The notes beneath the pieces were generated by a model, which saw only the letters and a list, made by a program, of their open reading frames with translations, was not told the origin of the DNA and ran no database searches. The translations under genes and the position numbers were made by a program. Below, in pieces: positions 16,421 through 26,812 of a stretch of 64,000 nt of DNA (positions within the stretch are counted from its first letter, which is position 1; every line of letters begins with the position of its first letter). The stretch is from sequence record NC_031126.1. The stretch is one strand, 5' to 3'.

Positions 16421-19189
16421 TTACTGCGGGATATCTTCTTCTTGCGAAGTGCCGTCACCACTAAGAGTGTCAGCCCCAGACCCATCAGCATTAGCATCAG
16501 CGCCGTCGCCCCCAGTATCATCTCCACCTGCCCCATCATCACTACCCAGTCCATCGTCTCCTCCGAGACCATCGTCATTACCCCCCAGGCTGTCATCACC
16601 ACCTAAACCATCATCGTCCCCGCCTAAGCTGTCATCACCGCCTAGACCATCGTCGCTTCCACCGCCAAGGTTATTCCCACCGAAACCACCGCCGTTTTCA
16701 TCAGCAACGTCAGCTTGTTTCGCCAGAGTTTCAATCTTACCTTGTGCACGTTTCGCCAACTGAATAATAGTTTTACTGGCGTCAGCCACATCATCCGACA
16801 TCATCTTCACATTCTCTGGACGTTTATCATTGTCGTAGATAAGATCGAAGAAGTCGTTTTCAATACCCTGACGACGCAACCAGTTACGTGCGTAGAATGT
16901 TTTAACCATCGATTTAACATTGTTCGGGTCCATCGACACGCCAGCTTCTTGCAGCATAGCAGAGATATCATCCGTAACAACCAAATCGGCCAGTTTCTCG
17001 AAGAACTCCATACGCTTATCGAACAGATCCATCTGGGAGTTAGCTGCCGAAGTATCCGGTGGTGGTAAGCTGACTTTAATCCCGTTGATGAACTGGCCCA
17101 TATACGCGGAAGCTTTCGCTACGTAATCGGTTTCTGGGGTGTCTGGCTCATTCTCTTTGATGTACGTGACGATAGCTTCCAGCATCTCAGCTTGCAGCTT
17201 AGGTGAAGAAAGCGTAGAAGTCACGACATAGCGAGTCAGAGGTTTTTGCAGAATCTCTTGTTTCTTCACAATCTGCTGAGTAACCAGCAAGGACTTAGAG
17301 AAGATTTGAGATGCGAATTCGATGTTATCCGGCGTCAGTACCAAGTCAGGGTCAACCCCAGCAATGTGACAAGTACGACGTAACAGAGATTCATCCAATG
17401 CCTGGTCAGGAACTTTGTAATCCGGTGTGGTATCCGACACAGAGATTTTGTGAGAAGAGTAGTGTTCATTCCCTTCCACGTTAAAGGCAATCCCGGCGTT
17501 GGTGGACATCGCCCACACATCATCCATGTTACCCCACATTGGCTGACGGCGGTTGTAGCTATTGAGAATATCCGACTTGATTTTCGCAACGGCTTCTTCA
17601 CCGTTCATTGCATCTGGTGACAACTGAATGTCGTACTGCATATGACGTGCAGAGTTCAGAATCGCTGAGTTCATGGTTGCAAACAGCAGTGCCATACGCA
17701 CAGACGAGATAATGAATGCACGTTCAGTAATGGACACACCAATACCGTCTTCATCGAAGTCGGTAGCAAAGTAGCACAGGCTCTCTGCCGGAATGTACAC
17801 AACCTGCGTGTGGCGTTTAGCCAAGTGGCGAGTCAGCATAACGCGGCCGAAGGTTTCGGTTACGTTGATATCCAACTCAGCACCACCCAGAGCATCACCC
17901 AACGACAGCGCCAGTTGGTTTTCTGCAATCTCACCGAAACGACTGACCAAACGGTTAGCAATCTCTGGTGTGACTTTAGCGTTACCTTCACCCATGCCGA
18001 TAGCAGCACGGTTAATGGTGGAGTCAATCATCCCGTCGTTATTCAGGTAGTTCATGAAGTTCGCATCACCGTACAGTGAAGAGCGAGCGTTAATGAAGTT
18101 ACCTTGTTCGTCCACAATGGCCAGATAACCAATCGGGTTCATGACATCATCACCCAGAATCAGCGGCAGAGTAGATTCCGCAGGCAGAATACGCTCAACG
18201 TATTCCAGGCGGTTAACATCATCCATCTGCGCTTTCTTCATCTCAGCGTAAAACATCTGCTCAGGTGGGGTGCGATAGGTTTCATTCAGATCGGCGATAT
18301 TAATCTGATTAGGAATCTTGTTAGCTTCCTGGTCACGAACAGGTCGTGGGTCGAACGTTCCGCCTCCCGTTGGCGTAGTTGGCTTTTCATATGCAGCCTG
18401 CTCTAACTGGCCGTAAAATGAACTGCTGGCATTTTCGCGTGCTACACGACGAACCACTTCCGGCATCATGAACACGTTACGGTTATCGGTGAGCATCACC
18501 TTCATTTCAGTGAAGCCAGAGTCCTTGCCGAACATCCCGGACAAATCAAATTTGATTTCTTGTGGGCCGTCTGGTTTGGTATGGCTACTCAGAATACTTT
18601 CGATACCTACTTTCTGTTCACCCGGTTTGGCAATCTTGCGCAGAGCGCCAGTCTGTTCGGTGAAGAAGTTAACCTGCTTAGTACGCAGAGCCGCTCTCGC
18701 AGATTCTTGCGCTACGCGTGTATCGAGACCGAACAGGCTATCGAAGCCAGAGTCGGACAGAAGCAAGACAGGTGTCGCACCTTTTGACTTCAACGCATCG
18801 TAAATCCACTTGTACAGCTTCGTTGGTAACTTACGAACGTTGTCGTGGTATTCGCGCTCAATCCCCAGCAAGGTTTCTTTTAAATCTAACGGTACGTCAG
18901 TGACGCAGTCGTAGATTAAGCTGGTGTTGATCAGGTCTTTCGAAGAGAGCAGAGAGGACGTCGCAATGGTGACAATCGTTTCTAACTCAGGCAGTGCCTG
19001 ATAAATGCGCTGCGCGTTCTTCGTTGTACGAATACGCGAACTGGCAATCCCGGTTAATTCTGACCGGGTGGGCGTCGTGCCGCCTTCCTGACGTTTACCG
19101 CGTTCTTGTGTCGCGGAGGGGCCTGTGGCTTTGCGCAATATTGCGCTTACGGCAGGGTCACGCGCAGTTAATTTACTAATATCGTCCAT
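16421..19189 (-). CDS. portal protein (phiKZ gp129/SPN3US gp81-like)
   Basis: 922 aa; minus-strand orientation divergent from a ~730 aa virion gene as in phiKZ-group phages; AQE-162 and ARE-252 candidate cleavage sites; Gly/Asp-rich tail. Confidence 0.75.
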   Translation of the reverse strand: MDDISKLTARDPAVSAILRKATGPSATQERGKRQEGGTTPTRSELTGIASSRIRTTKNAQRIYQALPELETIVTIATSSLLSSKDLINTSLIYDCVTDVPLDLKETLLGIEREYHDNVRKLPTKLYKWIYDALKSKGATPVLLLSDSGFDSLFGLDTRVAQESARAALRTKQVNFFTEQTGALRKIAKPGEQKVGIESILSSHTKPDGPQEIKFDLSGMFGKDSGFTEMKVMLTDNRNVFMMPEVVRRVARENASSSFYGQLEQAAYEKPTTPTGGGTFDPRPVRDQEANKIPNQINIADLNETYRTPPEQMFYAEMKKAQMDDVNRLEYVERILPAESTLPLILGDDVMNPIGYLAIVDEQGNFINARSSLYGDANFMNYLNNDGMIDSTINRAAIGMGEGNAKVTPEIANRLVSRFGEIAENQLALSLGDALGGAELDINVTETFGRVMLTRHLAKRHTQVVYIPAESLCYFATDFDEDGIGVSITERAFIISSVRMALLFATMNSAILNSARHMQYDIQLSPDAMNGEEAVAKIKSDILNSYNRRQPMWGNMDDVWAMSTNAGIAFNVEGNEHYSSHKISVSDTTPDYKVPDQALDESLLRRTCHIAGVDPDLVLTPDNIEFASQIFSKSLLVTQQIVKKQEILQKPLTRYVVTSTLSSPKLQAEMLEAIVTYIKENEPDTPETDYVAKASAYMGQFINGIKVSLPPPDTSAANSQMDLFDKRMEFFEKLADLVVTDDISAMLQEAGVSMDPNNVKSMVKTFYARNWLRRQGIENDFFDLIYDNDKRPENVKMMSDDVADASKTIIQLAKRAQGKIETLAKQADVADENGGGFGGNNLGGGSDDGLGGDDSLGGDDDGLGGDDSLGGNDDGLGGDDGLGSDDGAGGDDTGGDGADANADGSGADTLSGDGTSQEEDIPQ
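16450..16695 (-). repeat. low-complexity G-G-D-D-(G/S)-L-G repeats in portal C-terminus
   Basis: DDGLGGDDSLGGDDDGLGGDDSLGGNDDGLGGDDGLGSDDG read in the translation. Confidence 0.85.
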
Positions 19190-19204
19190 TGGGGTCTCCG
19201 AATA

Positions 19205-21391
19205 ATGCAGAGGTTCAATATCTTTAGAGACCAGAACATCGAGCTGGCGAAGTCTCTGATTATTAAATCAGATACAATTGCACAGCAGATGAATCTGGCC
19301 ATAACCGAGAATGGCGGTTATGTGTCGAGTGACCGCAACACATGGCGGTATTACCTGCACTTGGCAGGCAGACGACATGATGCCGACCAACCAATCCTTA
19401 TCACATCGTTAGATACACAAGAGTTAATCGAGCTGACGACAGCTAACCTGTCTATTCATAAGAAAACCTCGAATGTGTATCGCTCCAACACCGAGTATAT
19501 TGACCAGCTTATTTTGGCCAACCTAGACTACGCGGTCTATATAAAGGGATGCTTCTGGCCGGTGCCCTTGCGGGTTTCAACTTCGGTACAAGACTGCTCT
19601 ATCCTTTATTACAATCCGGCGTTGGTGGAGTCTCAGGAGCAGTCAATAATCCATGACATGGAGAAGCTGCTTATTGCAGCACACGTCCGTTACATGGCTG
19701 AAGGCTGGAAGGTACACAACGATGCTTTTGTGCTGACCTTCTACAACATACTGTTCCCGCAACTGCCAAGTATGTTGATGCGCTTACGCGCGTGCAAACA
19801 ATTTACGCTGGAAACACACAGCTATTACGTAACGGAGTTCTTGGCCTCGCATCAAGAACTGCATGAATTCATTCCGTACATGACACGTAACCAGATGTTC
19901 ACGGTTTACCGTAACATTCGATATTGGGAACGTAACTCAGGTAAGAAAGAAATCTTCGACTGGATGGTGGAGACCTTCTTTACGGGCTGGAGTATGCCTG
20001 CTGTGGCGTACCGTGTGGGACAACAGATTCATGACCCATCTACGGGGAATGATGAAGACCTGACACCGTTGCCGGTTGGATATCAAGAGGCGCTCAACTA
20101 TACCGAGCGTAACTCAGGGCGTGACTTGGACTTGGTAGCAACCGCTGACATCATTCAGAAAGAGCTGCCGTTGGCCCACAACAACGCCGTTCACCAGCCT
20201 GAGTATCAGAATGACGTTGACCGACGTTTAGGGTTAACGCAGTACCCGAACTTAACCACTAAACTGGTGGAAGTTACTGCGATTGACCCGGAGGCTATAG
20301 AGCGCTGGGAGTTCACGCACGCCATCTTTAATGAATGGCTGCACTTGACAGCGAAAGGCCAGTACAACGTCTCCCATGAGTTCCTGAACCCTACTAACGG
20401 CGACACCATCAAGATATCCACCAAGGAATTGATGGCGTTGTACTTATACGCGGGCTTTAAAGGTTTCTCTGGGGTAGCGCTAGAGAAGATCCCGGCGTTC
20501 CATGCGCTTGGTGTCCAAATCAAACGCTGGGTCAGTGTACAGGAAATGAAGAACTACCTGGTGAACGATAGCTGGGAAGGCCGTTACGATAAAACCATCA
20601 ACTACTATGCCGACACGCAATACGAGGTCGTTGGCGATGTGTTGAGCAACGATGAGTTTTACGATGCGGCATTTGCGATGATTGGCAATAAACGTCGTCG
20701 CTACAACTACACGTACAACCGTCGGAAGATTAAAGACCGAGCTGCGGCAGTCCAACTGTTCGCGTACCACTACCGAGATTACCGCTGTGATTTAGAACTC
20801 CCCTATCGTGACTACGAAGAGTTCTTCCAAAACCTGGGATTTGACTACACGATTATCTCAGAAGAGACCTGGCAAGATATTGCGACCGATGCGTTTAACA
20901 TGGGTACCAATATGGAAAACCGTGCGACCTTGTCACATGGTGAGATCCAACGTGCGATGGTGAAGTTGATGGGGAAACTCTCTTCTTACACGATTCACTT
21001 TGCTGCCAGGATGTCCGCTGACTCTTACGACATTACTGACCCCATTACTCCGATACTTGGCGACATCGCCATGTCAGGAGACATGAGTACCAGTATTGAC
21101 GACCCACACGTCGGTGTAGTGTCAGTGCGTGGCCGCGCGAAGATGACGACCGCTAATCCGCTCGCTATCATGCCAGAAATCACCAAGATGTCCATGCCGA
21201 GGAAGTATAAGTTCTGCATGAATGTCTTCATGGGTGTCCAGGTACGTGTCCATCAGAACATTCGTATTGATGTTGAAACGAATGCCGTGGGTGTTGTTTC
21301 CCAGGAACTGTCGAATACGAAAATCACACTTGCAGATAGAGTGAAGAAATACGCACTGGATGGCTTTCGTCCGGACGAGTTCTTCAGTTGA
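19205..21391 (+). CDS. virion structural protein, probable baseplate component (phiKZ gp128-like)
   Basis: 728 aa; WRYYLHLAG, ITSLDT, YW.RNSGK motifs recalled from this family; synteny with portal. Confidence 0.6.
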   Translation: MQRFNIFRDQNIELAKSLIIKSDTIAQQMNLAITENGGYVSSDRNTWRYYLHLAGRRHDADQPILITSLDTQELIELTTANLSIHKKTSNVYRSNTEYIDQLILANLDYAVYIKGCFWPVPLRVSTSVQDCSILYYNPALVESQEQSIIHDMEKLLIAAHVRYMAEGWKVHNDAFVLTFYNILFPQLPSMLMRLRACKQFTLETHSYYVTEFLASHQELHEFIPYMTRNQMFTVYRNIRYWERNSGKKEIFDWMVETFFTGWSMPAVAYRVGQQIHDPSTGNDEDLTPLPVGYQEALNYTERNSGRDLDLVATADIIQKELPLAHNNAVHQPEYQNDVDRRLGLTQYPNLTTKLVEVTAIDPEAIERWEFTHAIFNEWLHLTAKGQYNVSHEFLNPTNGDTIKISTKELMALYLYAGFKGFSGVALEKIPAFHALGVQIKRWVSVQEMKNYLVNDSWEGRYDKTINYYADTQYEVVGDVLSNDEFYDAAFAMIGNKRRRYNYTYNRRKIKDRAAAVQLFAYHYRDYRCDLELPYRDYEEFFQNLGFDYTIISEETWQDIATDAFNMGTNMENRATLSHGEIQRAMVKLMGKLSSYTIHFAARMSADSYDITDPITPILGDIAMSGDMSTSIDDPHVGVVSVRGRAKMTTANPLAIMPEITKMSMPRKYKFCMNVFMGVQVRVHQNIRIDVETNAVGVVSQELSNTKITLADRVKKYALDGFRPDEFFS

Positions 21392-21416
21392 TGCATTAAC
21401 CCGGTGAGAGAAAACC

Positions 21417-21938
21417 ATGCCATATCGTGTAGACCTATCGAAATCCCCGAAAGAAATACTGTTGAATCGTATTAACTACGTCTTCGGTACATCTTATAGA
21501 CCGGATCAGATTGAATTTAACAGCCGTGGTGCGTGGCCGCTTACTAAGGATGAGCGACGTGCTAAGGGTGTTGAGTCAAAGATTGCCGCGTCCTTTAAGA
21601 ACGGGGTGACGGGTACGCGTGAGTTCTATCTGACGCGTGCTAACCTGACTGAGCTTTTGGATGGGGAAGTGGTAGAGGTACCACAAGGAGCGGCTGAATG
21701 GAGCCACTACTTAGTACCGTATATCCGCGATTCCTTAGGACTGGATTTGGGTGACTATGACTTGGTCGTAGAGCCTATCGACAGCACCAAAGAATTGTAC
21801 CTGGCCAAAATCGAACCACATCACCCTTCTTTTAAAGGGACGATTGTAATCACCTTTATCGACCCGACCCCACGCCGTCTCGCAGAGCTGGTTACATTGC
21901 GCAGCCTCGATGGATTCAATATTGGAGAATTTTTCTAA
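21417..21938 (+). CDS. virion protein; single-module paralog of the 55-62 kb fibre family
   Basis: K.ILL.RIN...G...F...R..L..LL...LGLDL...DL....SFKG.I....LAELV....LDGF matches the N-terminal module of 55326-60572 proteins. Confidence 0.6.
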   Translation: MPYRVDLSKSPKEILLNRINYVFGTSYRPDQIEFNSRGAWPLTKDERRAKGVESKIAASFKNGVTGTREFYLTRANLTELLDGEVVEVPQGAAEWSHYLVPYIRDSLGLDLGDYDLVVEPIDSTKELYLAKIEPHHPSFKGTIVITFIDPTPRRLAELVTLRSLDGFNIGEFF

Positions 21939-22825
21939 TGGCAAACAGTAAAACGTACGACGGGAAACTGTCGACGGCTACCTTGAGCGCGATGCGTTTA
22001 TCCGCTGCGTTGATTTGTGGCGCGCCGGTACAGTATCCGCAGAACTCAACACTGAATGAGTTCTATAAGCTGATGACCGCTCGTCAACCAGACCCTGCCG
22101 ATCGCCCAACGTTAAAATACCTGGCTATTGGTAATCGTGGTCACCGCGCTGAAAGTGATGGTGATATCGATGACTTCGTGCCAGTTGGCAAAAGTCCGAC
22201 CGCCGCCGGGATGTTTTCCGAAGTGCCGTGGGTGCTTCGTCCACTTGACAACGACCTGAGTGACGAGCAGCGTAAGAACTACCGCTTCCGTACCCAGGTC
22301 AACGTTAACGGGCGTAACTATTGGGCGTATTACCTGCGTGTACTGGATATGCGTACGGTGAAGACCACAGACATCGAAACCATTCGTACCAATGGCGTTC
22401 CGGTACCGGACGACTTCGTGTATACCGATGCTGACCTTCACCCAGTTCCAGGCCGCTTGCCAGACTACGACTACGACGATGATGGCACCGTTGAAATGCC
22501 TGATGGTCGTTACGTGGAATCGGGTGCAGACATCTTTATCTCGTGGACAGAGTTCGACGTACAGGAATACCTGAACGTGGCCTCTATCATGCGCGGGTCT
22601 GCAAACAAAGCCCTGATTTCTGAAATCTCCATGTGTTCCGGTATTGATGTTCCGGAAAGTGGCCAGTCTGCAACTGGTTCACCGTTTAGCTACACCGAAG
22701 CTATCGGTGTACAAGCGTTGTACCACATCTCTCTGTTTGTTAACCTGGCACAGACCAACGAAAACCTTGGTCTTACCATCCGCGTGGGTCAGCCTGCACC
22801 GTTCTTCTTAGGGGACGCGTCGTAA
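21938..22825 (+). CDS. virion structural protein (phiKZ gp139-like)
   Basis: 295 aa; NSTLNE, YLAIGNRGH, PWVLRP..NDL, YWAYYL, ISEI..CSG.D motifs; TAATG coupling. Confidence 0.6.
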   Translation: MANSKTYDGKLSTATLSAMRLSAALICGAPVQYPQNSTLNEFYKLMTARQPDPADRPTLKYLAIGNRGHRAESDGDIDDFVPVGKSPTAAGMFSEVPWVLRPLDNDLSDEQRKNYRFRTQVNVNGRNYWAYYLRVLDMRTVKTTDIETIRTNGVPVPDDFVYTDADLHPVPGRLPDYDYDDDGTVEMPDGRYVESGADIFISWTEFDVQEYLNVASIMRGSANKALISEISMCSGIDVPESGQSATGSPFSYTEAIGVQALYHISLFVNLAQTNENLGLTIRVGQPAPFFLGDAS

Positions 22826-23484
22826 TGCTGATTCCTGAACCGCGGTTGCCAGATAGAATGGTGCGGATTGTGGCGGTTGACCCCGGCACAAGTCACCTGG
22901 GCTTAGCGGTTCTGGATTGGGAATACGGACAGCCTATGGCCGAAGTGGTCTGGGCGAAAACAATACATGCGCGTGACCCAACTCACGATAGTGGGTTTGG
23001 GGAATGCGTAGGTCGCCGCGATTCCCGAATGGTGTATCTGGAGCAGATGTGGGAAGAGTTCTTACGCTTGGCTTGCCCCACGTTTGCTTGTACAGAGACG
23101 CCGTTTATGCAGCGCTCCAAGCTTTCCGCCTACGAATCTGGTGTAGAATTGCAATTGATGTTGCGTCGCACGTTGTGGCGTGTCTATCCTGGTATGACGT
23201 TACATGGTTATAATCCCATTATTGTGAAATCCTTTGTGGGCGTAGAGGCTAAGGGAACCGATAAAACGCATATGTTTGCGGCGGTAACCACCCTGTACAA
23301 ACACAGCACTTTAATAGACCTAACTGCCCTAGATGAGCACAGCATCGACGGCGTAGCTGTTGGGAATATCTTTGTAAGGACTTCACTACTCAATTTAAAT
23401 AGTCTGCTCCCTCCGAGGGAGAAAAAGCCCAAGAAACCGAAGTCGGGTAAATCTCGTCGGAAACGTAGACGCTTCAGGGGCTAA
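22825..23484 (+). CDS. ruvC: RuvC-like Holliday junction resolvase
   Basis: RIVAVDPGTSHLGLAVL, CTETPF and DEHSIDGVAVG supply the RNase H-fold D/E/D/D residues; basic C-terminal tail. Confidence 0.8.
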   Translation: MLIPEPRLPDRMVRIVAVDPGTSHLGLAVLDWEYGQPMAEVVWAKTIHARDPTHDSGFGECVGRRDSRMVYLEQMWEEFLRLACPTFACTETPFMQRSKLSAYESGVELQLMLRRTLWRVYPGMTLHGYNPIIVKSFVGVEAKGTDKTHMFAAVTTLYKHSTLIDLTALDEHSIDGVAVGNIFVRTSLLNLNSLLPPREKKPKKPKSGKSRRKRRRFRG

Positions 23485-23488
23485 AACC

Positions 23489-24064
23489 ATGTCACAAACC
23501 ATACAGGAAGCCACCTCCACAGTCTTAGACGTTCTCATCCAAGCAGGCACTAATAAGCTCAGTGCGGATGAAGCAGCTAAGGTTAAAGAGGCGGCCGTGG
23601 TGGCCGTCGGTTCCGCCGCTCAGATTGATGTCACACAACCTGCCAGCGTTATCCTTTCTTCCCTCCGTCCGCTAATCGTTGAACAGGTTGGCAACTTTGG
23701 CAAGACAATGGAGAACTTGGCAGTAGGCGCAATCGAGGGGCTGGATGCCAAGTACGGTAAAGAGACCATCATGACGTTGTGGCCAAGCCTGTCCTTCCCG
23801 GTGAAGGCAATCATCTGGATTCTGGTACTGTTTACTATCGGTACTGATGTTTACATGATGACTGATATTCTTCGCCGTGAAGCCGTGGACCTGTTCGATG
23901 CTGCAACCATCGGACTGTTGCCATTGATTGGGTTGCTGCTCTTTTGCACCGTGCCGATTAAGACACTGGCCTACACCTCACTAAGCGTGGGTGCCAAGGT
24001 AGTAGAGGCGAGACTCCAGAAGTCCACCGCATCGAATCCGTCGAAGTCGAACACACAGAAGTAA
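23489..24064 (+). CDS. membrane protein with two C-terminal TM helices
   Basis: Hydrophobic segments AIIWILVLFTIG and ATIGLLPLIGLLLFCTVPI. Confidence 0.7.
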   Translation: MSQTIQEATSTVLDVLIQAGTNKLSADEAAKVKEAAVVAVGSAAQIDVTQPASVILSSLRPLIVEQVGNFGKTMENLAVGAIEGLDAKYGKETIMTLWPSLSFPVKAIIWILVLFTIGTDVYMMTDILRREAVDLFDAATIGLLPLIGLLLFCTVPIKTLAYTSLSVGAKVVEARLQKSTASNPSKSNTQK

Positions 24065-24067
24065 CAA

Positions 24068-24123
24068 GCTCGCTCCTTCGGGGGCGAGTTTTATTTTTCT
24101 TTTTACGTCATATTGCTTTTATG
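24068..24123 (+). terminator. UUCG terminator followed by TTTACGT-N11-TATG motif
   Basis: gctcgctcc-ttcg-ggggcgagt plus T tract; motif at 24102-24123. Confidence 0.75.
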
Positions 24124-24147
24124 TGTAAACAATAACAGGACCGCACT

Positions 24148-24753
24148 ATGAAACCACAATTGAGAGTCCGTACTCTGTTGATTCCAGCGCTGGCTGTATT
24201 GAGAAGCATCAGTGATTTAGAGAAACGTAAGTTCAAGAAAACCGAACGCCAGTTGATGGTTAAGGTTGTATTAGAAGAACTTATGTACACCTATTACGAT
24301 ACAGTGCCGTGGGATTACAGTTATGATGCGCCGCCCTTCCAGGGTATGGCGTTTGTCAAACTGAAAGAAGCCATTCCGTTTGTCCCTGATGACGATTTAA
24401 AAGGAATCATTGCCCGACTGAAAGCGGCATGCCACACGTTACTGCTTCCTTATACGCTTATCGGACGATTTGATTCAAAAGACGGAGAATCAGTACCGAG
24501 CTTTGCCCGCAGGCTACCACAGATATTCGACCACGGTGTAAGTTTCTCTTGGCACAACGACTTTCTTCAAGCTCGCTGGGTACGCCCAACAGTGGATTAC
24601 AAAGAGATGTCCGTGTTCACGTATTTCCATACTGTCCACGCACACTACGTGAAGCGTGCGAAGGGTGTGGATGAGGCAATGCTTGCAGGTGGTCTGATAA
24701 GGATACCGATGTCTAAATTCTTGACCTCTGAGTACGAGGTTGTTTTCTCTTAG
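24148..24753 (+). CDS. hypothetical protein
   Basis: 201 aa ORF after cagga RBS. Confidence 0.75.
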   Translation: MKPQLRVRTLLIPALAVLRSISDLEKRKFKKTERQLMVKVVLEELMYTYYDTVPWDYSYDAPPFQGMAFVKLKEAIPFVPDDDLKGIIARLKAACHTLLLPYTLIGRFDSKDGESVPSFARRLPQIFDHGVSFSWHNDFLQARWVRPTVDYKEMSVFTYFHTVHAHYVKRAKGVDEAMLAGGLIRIPMSKFLTSEYEVVFS

Positions 24754-24761
24754 GAGCATAT

Positions 24762-25241
24762 ATGCTGATTATCTCTGTCAGTATCGATAAGATATCCCCG
24801 GAGACCTATCCGGGATTACGCAGTTGGATTGAAGAATTAAATTCGATTCGTACTAACCCCGTGAACATTGTGATGGCGGTTGAAGACGATAACGTGATGG
24901 GGATAATGGTGTGGGAACCCGGCCATTTAATTTATCTGGTGGTACCTGAGGCTTCCCGCCACTGCGGCGCAGGAACCTATCTGGTTAACTACCTACTACA
25001 GCAGTCGGATAAGAAAACCGCCTGGTGTAAAGTGCTCCCATCTGCGGTCGATGCAATTTGTTTCTTTCATCGGATGGGCTGGCAAATCACGAGCTGGTAT
25101 ACCGATCACGCAGACCGCCGATACTTTCGTATGACGAATGCAGTTCCGCAAGCGTCAACGATTCCATCGGAGGAAAAGCAGTTAGAAACGTTTGCTTCCA
25201 GCGTGCCTATCTTCCTCTCGATGGCCGGAGGTATTTACTAG
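24762..25241 (+). CDS. GNAT-family acetyltransferase
   Basis: YLVVPEASRHCGAGTYLV (acetyl-CoA motif A) and DAICFFHRMGW. Confidence 0.8.
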   Translation: MLIISVSIDKISPETYPGLRSWIEELNSIRTNPVNIVMAVEDDNVMGIMVWEPGHLIYLVVPEASRHCGAGTYLVNYLLQQSDKKTAWCKVLPSAVDAICFFHRMGWQITSWYTDHADRRYFRMTNAVPQASTIPSEEKQLETFASSVPIFLSMAGGIY

Positions 25242-25257
25242 CCGCGAGAGTACAATA

Positions 25258-25743
25258 ATGATACGTGTTGTGTACGAGACACGAAGCCTGGATGATCTCC
25301 AGGCAAAGCCAGTGCGCTGTGCGGAGGTTGTATCCGGGTGTGAGTTGAATATCGCTAATTCAACTTTACGAGGGGTACCGATACGCATCTTCTCCACGGA
25401 GAGCTGGCGGGAAGAAAAAATTATAAAGACTACACCAGCAATAAGGCCCAGTAATAGAAAATGTTTTACCGAACTTAGGACACACCTGAGTCGGCACTTC
25501 CGACGCAGCAGATGGAAAGCATTAGTCCTTATGGTTGTGGACGATTTCATCCGCGAGTTGGAATGGGAAGAGGTTTTAAGAGAGGCGGGTTTCCGCACCA
25601 AGCCATTTTCTTATCACTGGCATCACTTCAAAAAACAGTTCACTGAAGCTCTACGTTGGTCACCTGCGACACAAAAGATGATTCCACGGTTAGAGCAACA
25701 GGACTGGCTTCAACCCTATATGGTCGAGGATAACAAGATATGA
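25258..25743 (+). CDS. hypothetical protein
   Basis: Start re-assigned to ATG 25258; ATGA overlap with next gene. Confidence 0.65.
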   Translation: MIRVVYETRSLDDLQAKPVRCAEVVSGCELNIANSTLRGVPIRIFSTESWREEKIIKTTPAIRPSNRKCFTELRTHLSRHFRRSRWKALVLMVVDDFIRELEWEEVLREAGFRTKPFSYHWHHFKKQFTEALRWSPATQKMIPRLEQQDWLQPYMVEDNKI

Positions 25744-26135
25744 TGCGAGCTTTATTGACTGCTATTCTAGCAGTAATTTCGTTTACAGTTTCCGCAGCGT
25801 TTGACCCGAGTCAGATGGCAGGTTTTAAACCATCTAATCCGGGAGACGTTCGCGTGGAGTTCAGTAAAATCGACAACCCTAAAACCGTGGTAGAGAACGG
25901 TGGGTTTGCGGTAGTGAACTTCGGTCGTGAGGAGAAATGTCCTAGCGGCGGGTTTTATCTCATCAATATCCAGCGACAAACGTATCAGTTTATCGATGCG
26001 GGTAGTTGCGATGGTAAACTTACGGCTACGCTTACTGACCCCACTATTCTTGGTAAACGTACCGTAGTTACTCAAGTGTTGACGTTCTACTTGGGTAATG
26101 TAATTACCGCCCGGTATCCGTTATACGGCTACTAG
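25740..26135 (+). CDS. exported protein with signal peptide
   Basis: MMRALLTAILAVISFTVSA/AF signal-peptidase-I pattern; one Cys pair in the mature part. Confidence 0.7.
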   Translation: MMRALLTAILAVISFTVSAAFDPSQMAGFKPSNPGDVRVEFSKIDNPKTVVENGGFAVVNFGREEKCPSGGFYLINIQRQTYQFIDAGSCDGKLTATLTDPTILGKRTVVTQVLTFYLGNVITARYPLYGY

Positions 26136-26144
26136 GTATTGACC

Positions 26145-26178
26145 CCTCTCCCTTCGGGGAGAGGTTCTCTTATTTTTT
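26145..26178 (+). terminator. intrinsic terminator (UUCG loop)
   Basis: cctctccc-ttcg-gggagagg followed by T tract. Confidence 0.75.
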
Positions 26179-26212
26179 CCGTAACAGGACAGTGATATAG
26201 GAGGACACACCC

Positions 26213-26812
26213 ATGTCAAAACTGTACCGTATTGCCGTTATTGGTTCCCGTGAAACTGACAACGATACCATGCACGAGATGTACATGACGTTGTTACGTG
26301 GTTTCAATGCCCTGCACCATCGTGGGTATGTTATTGAATACACATCTGGTGGTTGTTGGAAAGGGCCTGACCAACTCCAGTTCCGTTTCGCACGCCAGTG
26401 GCGTACTACCTACGACCAAGACACCGGTAAACGAGTTGTTTGGGATGACAAGTTTATTTGTTATCTGCCGGACGATAAGAAGCTCTGGTTAGCGAAGCAA
26501 CATCCTAACGTAGAGTTCCGTGTAATCCCACAGGACGCACGCTACCGCGATATCGTACGTGAGTTACACGATTACCCTGATAAGTTGAAAGACTTCGCCT
26601 GGGCGCTCCACGGGCGTAATTTGAATATCATTATGGGTGACCAGTTGGACACCCCGGTGGATGCTGTGTATTACTCGGCACCATTGAATAAACGCGGGGA
26701 ACCTACCGGCGGTACTGCCATGGGCGTTAAGTACGCCAAGCAGTGTGGTATTCCTTGTTACAATCATGTTGACGATGGTGCGGCCTGGCTAGAGTCCCTG
26801 CGTTTATTATGA
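26213..26812 (+). CDS. SLOG/DprA-like Rossmannoid nucleotide-binding protein
   Basis: IAVIGSRE, TSGG..KGPD, HGRN..II.G, GGT..GVKYA...GIP.YN motifs. Confidence 0.75.
   Translation: MSKLYRIAVIGSRETDNDTMHEMYMTLLRGFNALHHRGYVIEYTSGGCWKGPDQLQFRFARQWRTTYDQDTGKRVVWDDKFICYLPDDKKLWLAKQHPNVEFRVIPQDARYRDIVRELHDYPDKLKDFAWALHGRNLNIIMGDQLDTPVDAVYYSAPLNKRGEPTGGTAMGVKYAKQCGIPCYNHVDDGAAWLESLRLL

Noticed and set aside
16449-16763. Pro/Ser-rich plus-strand ORF
   Set aside because: It is the reverse complement of the portal's Gly/Asp repeat
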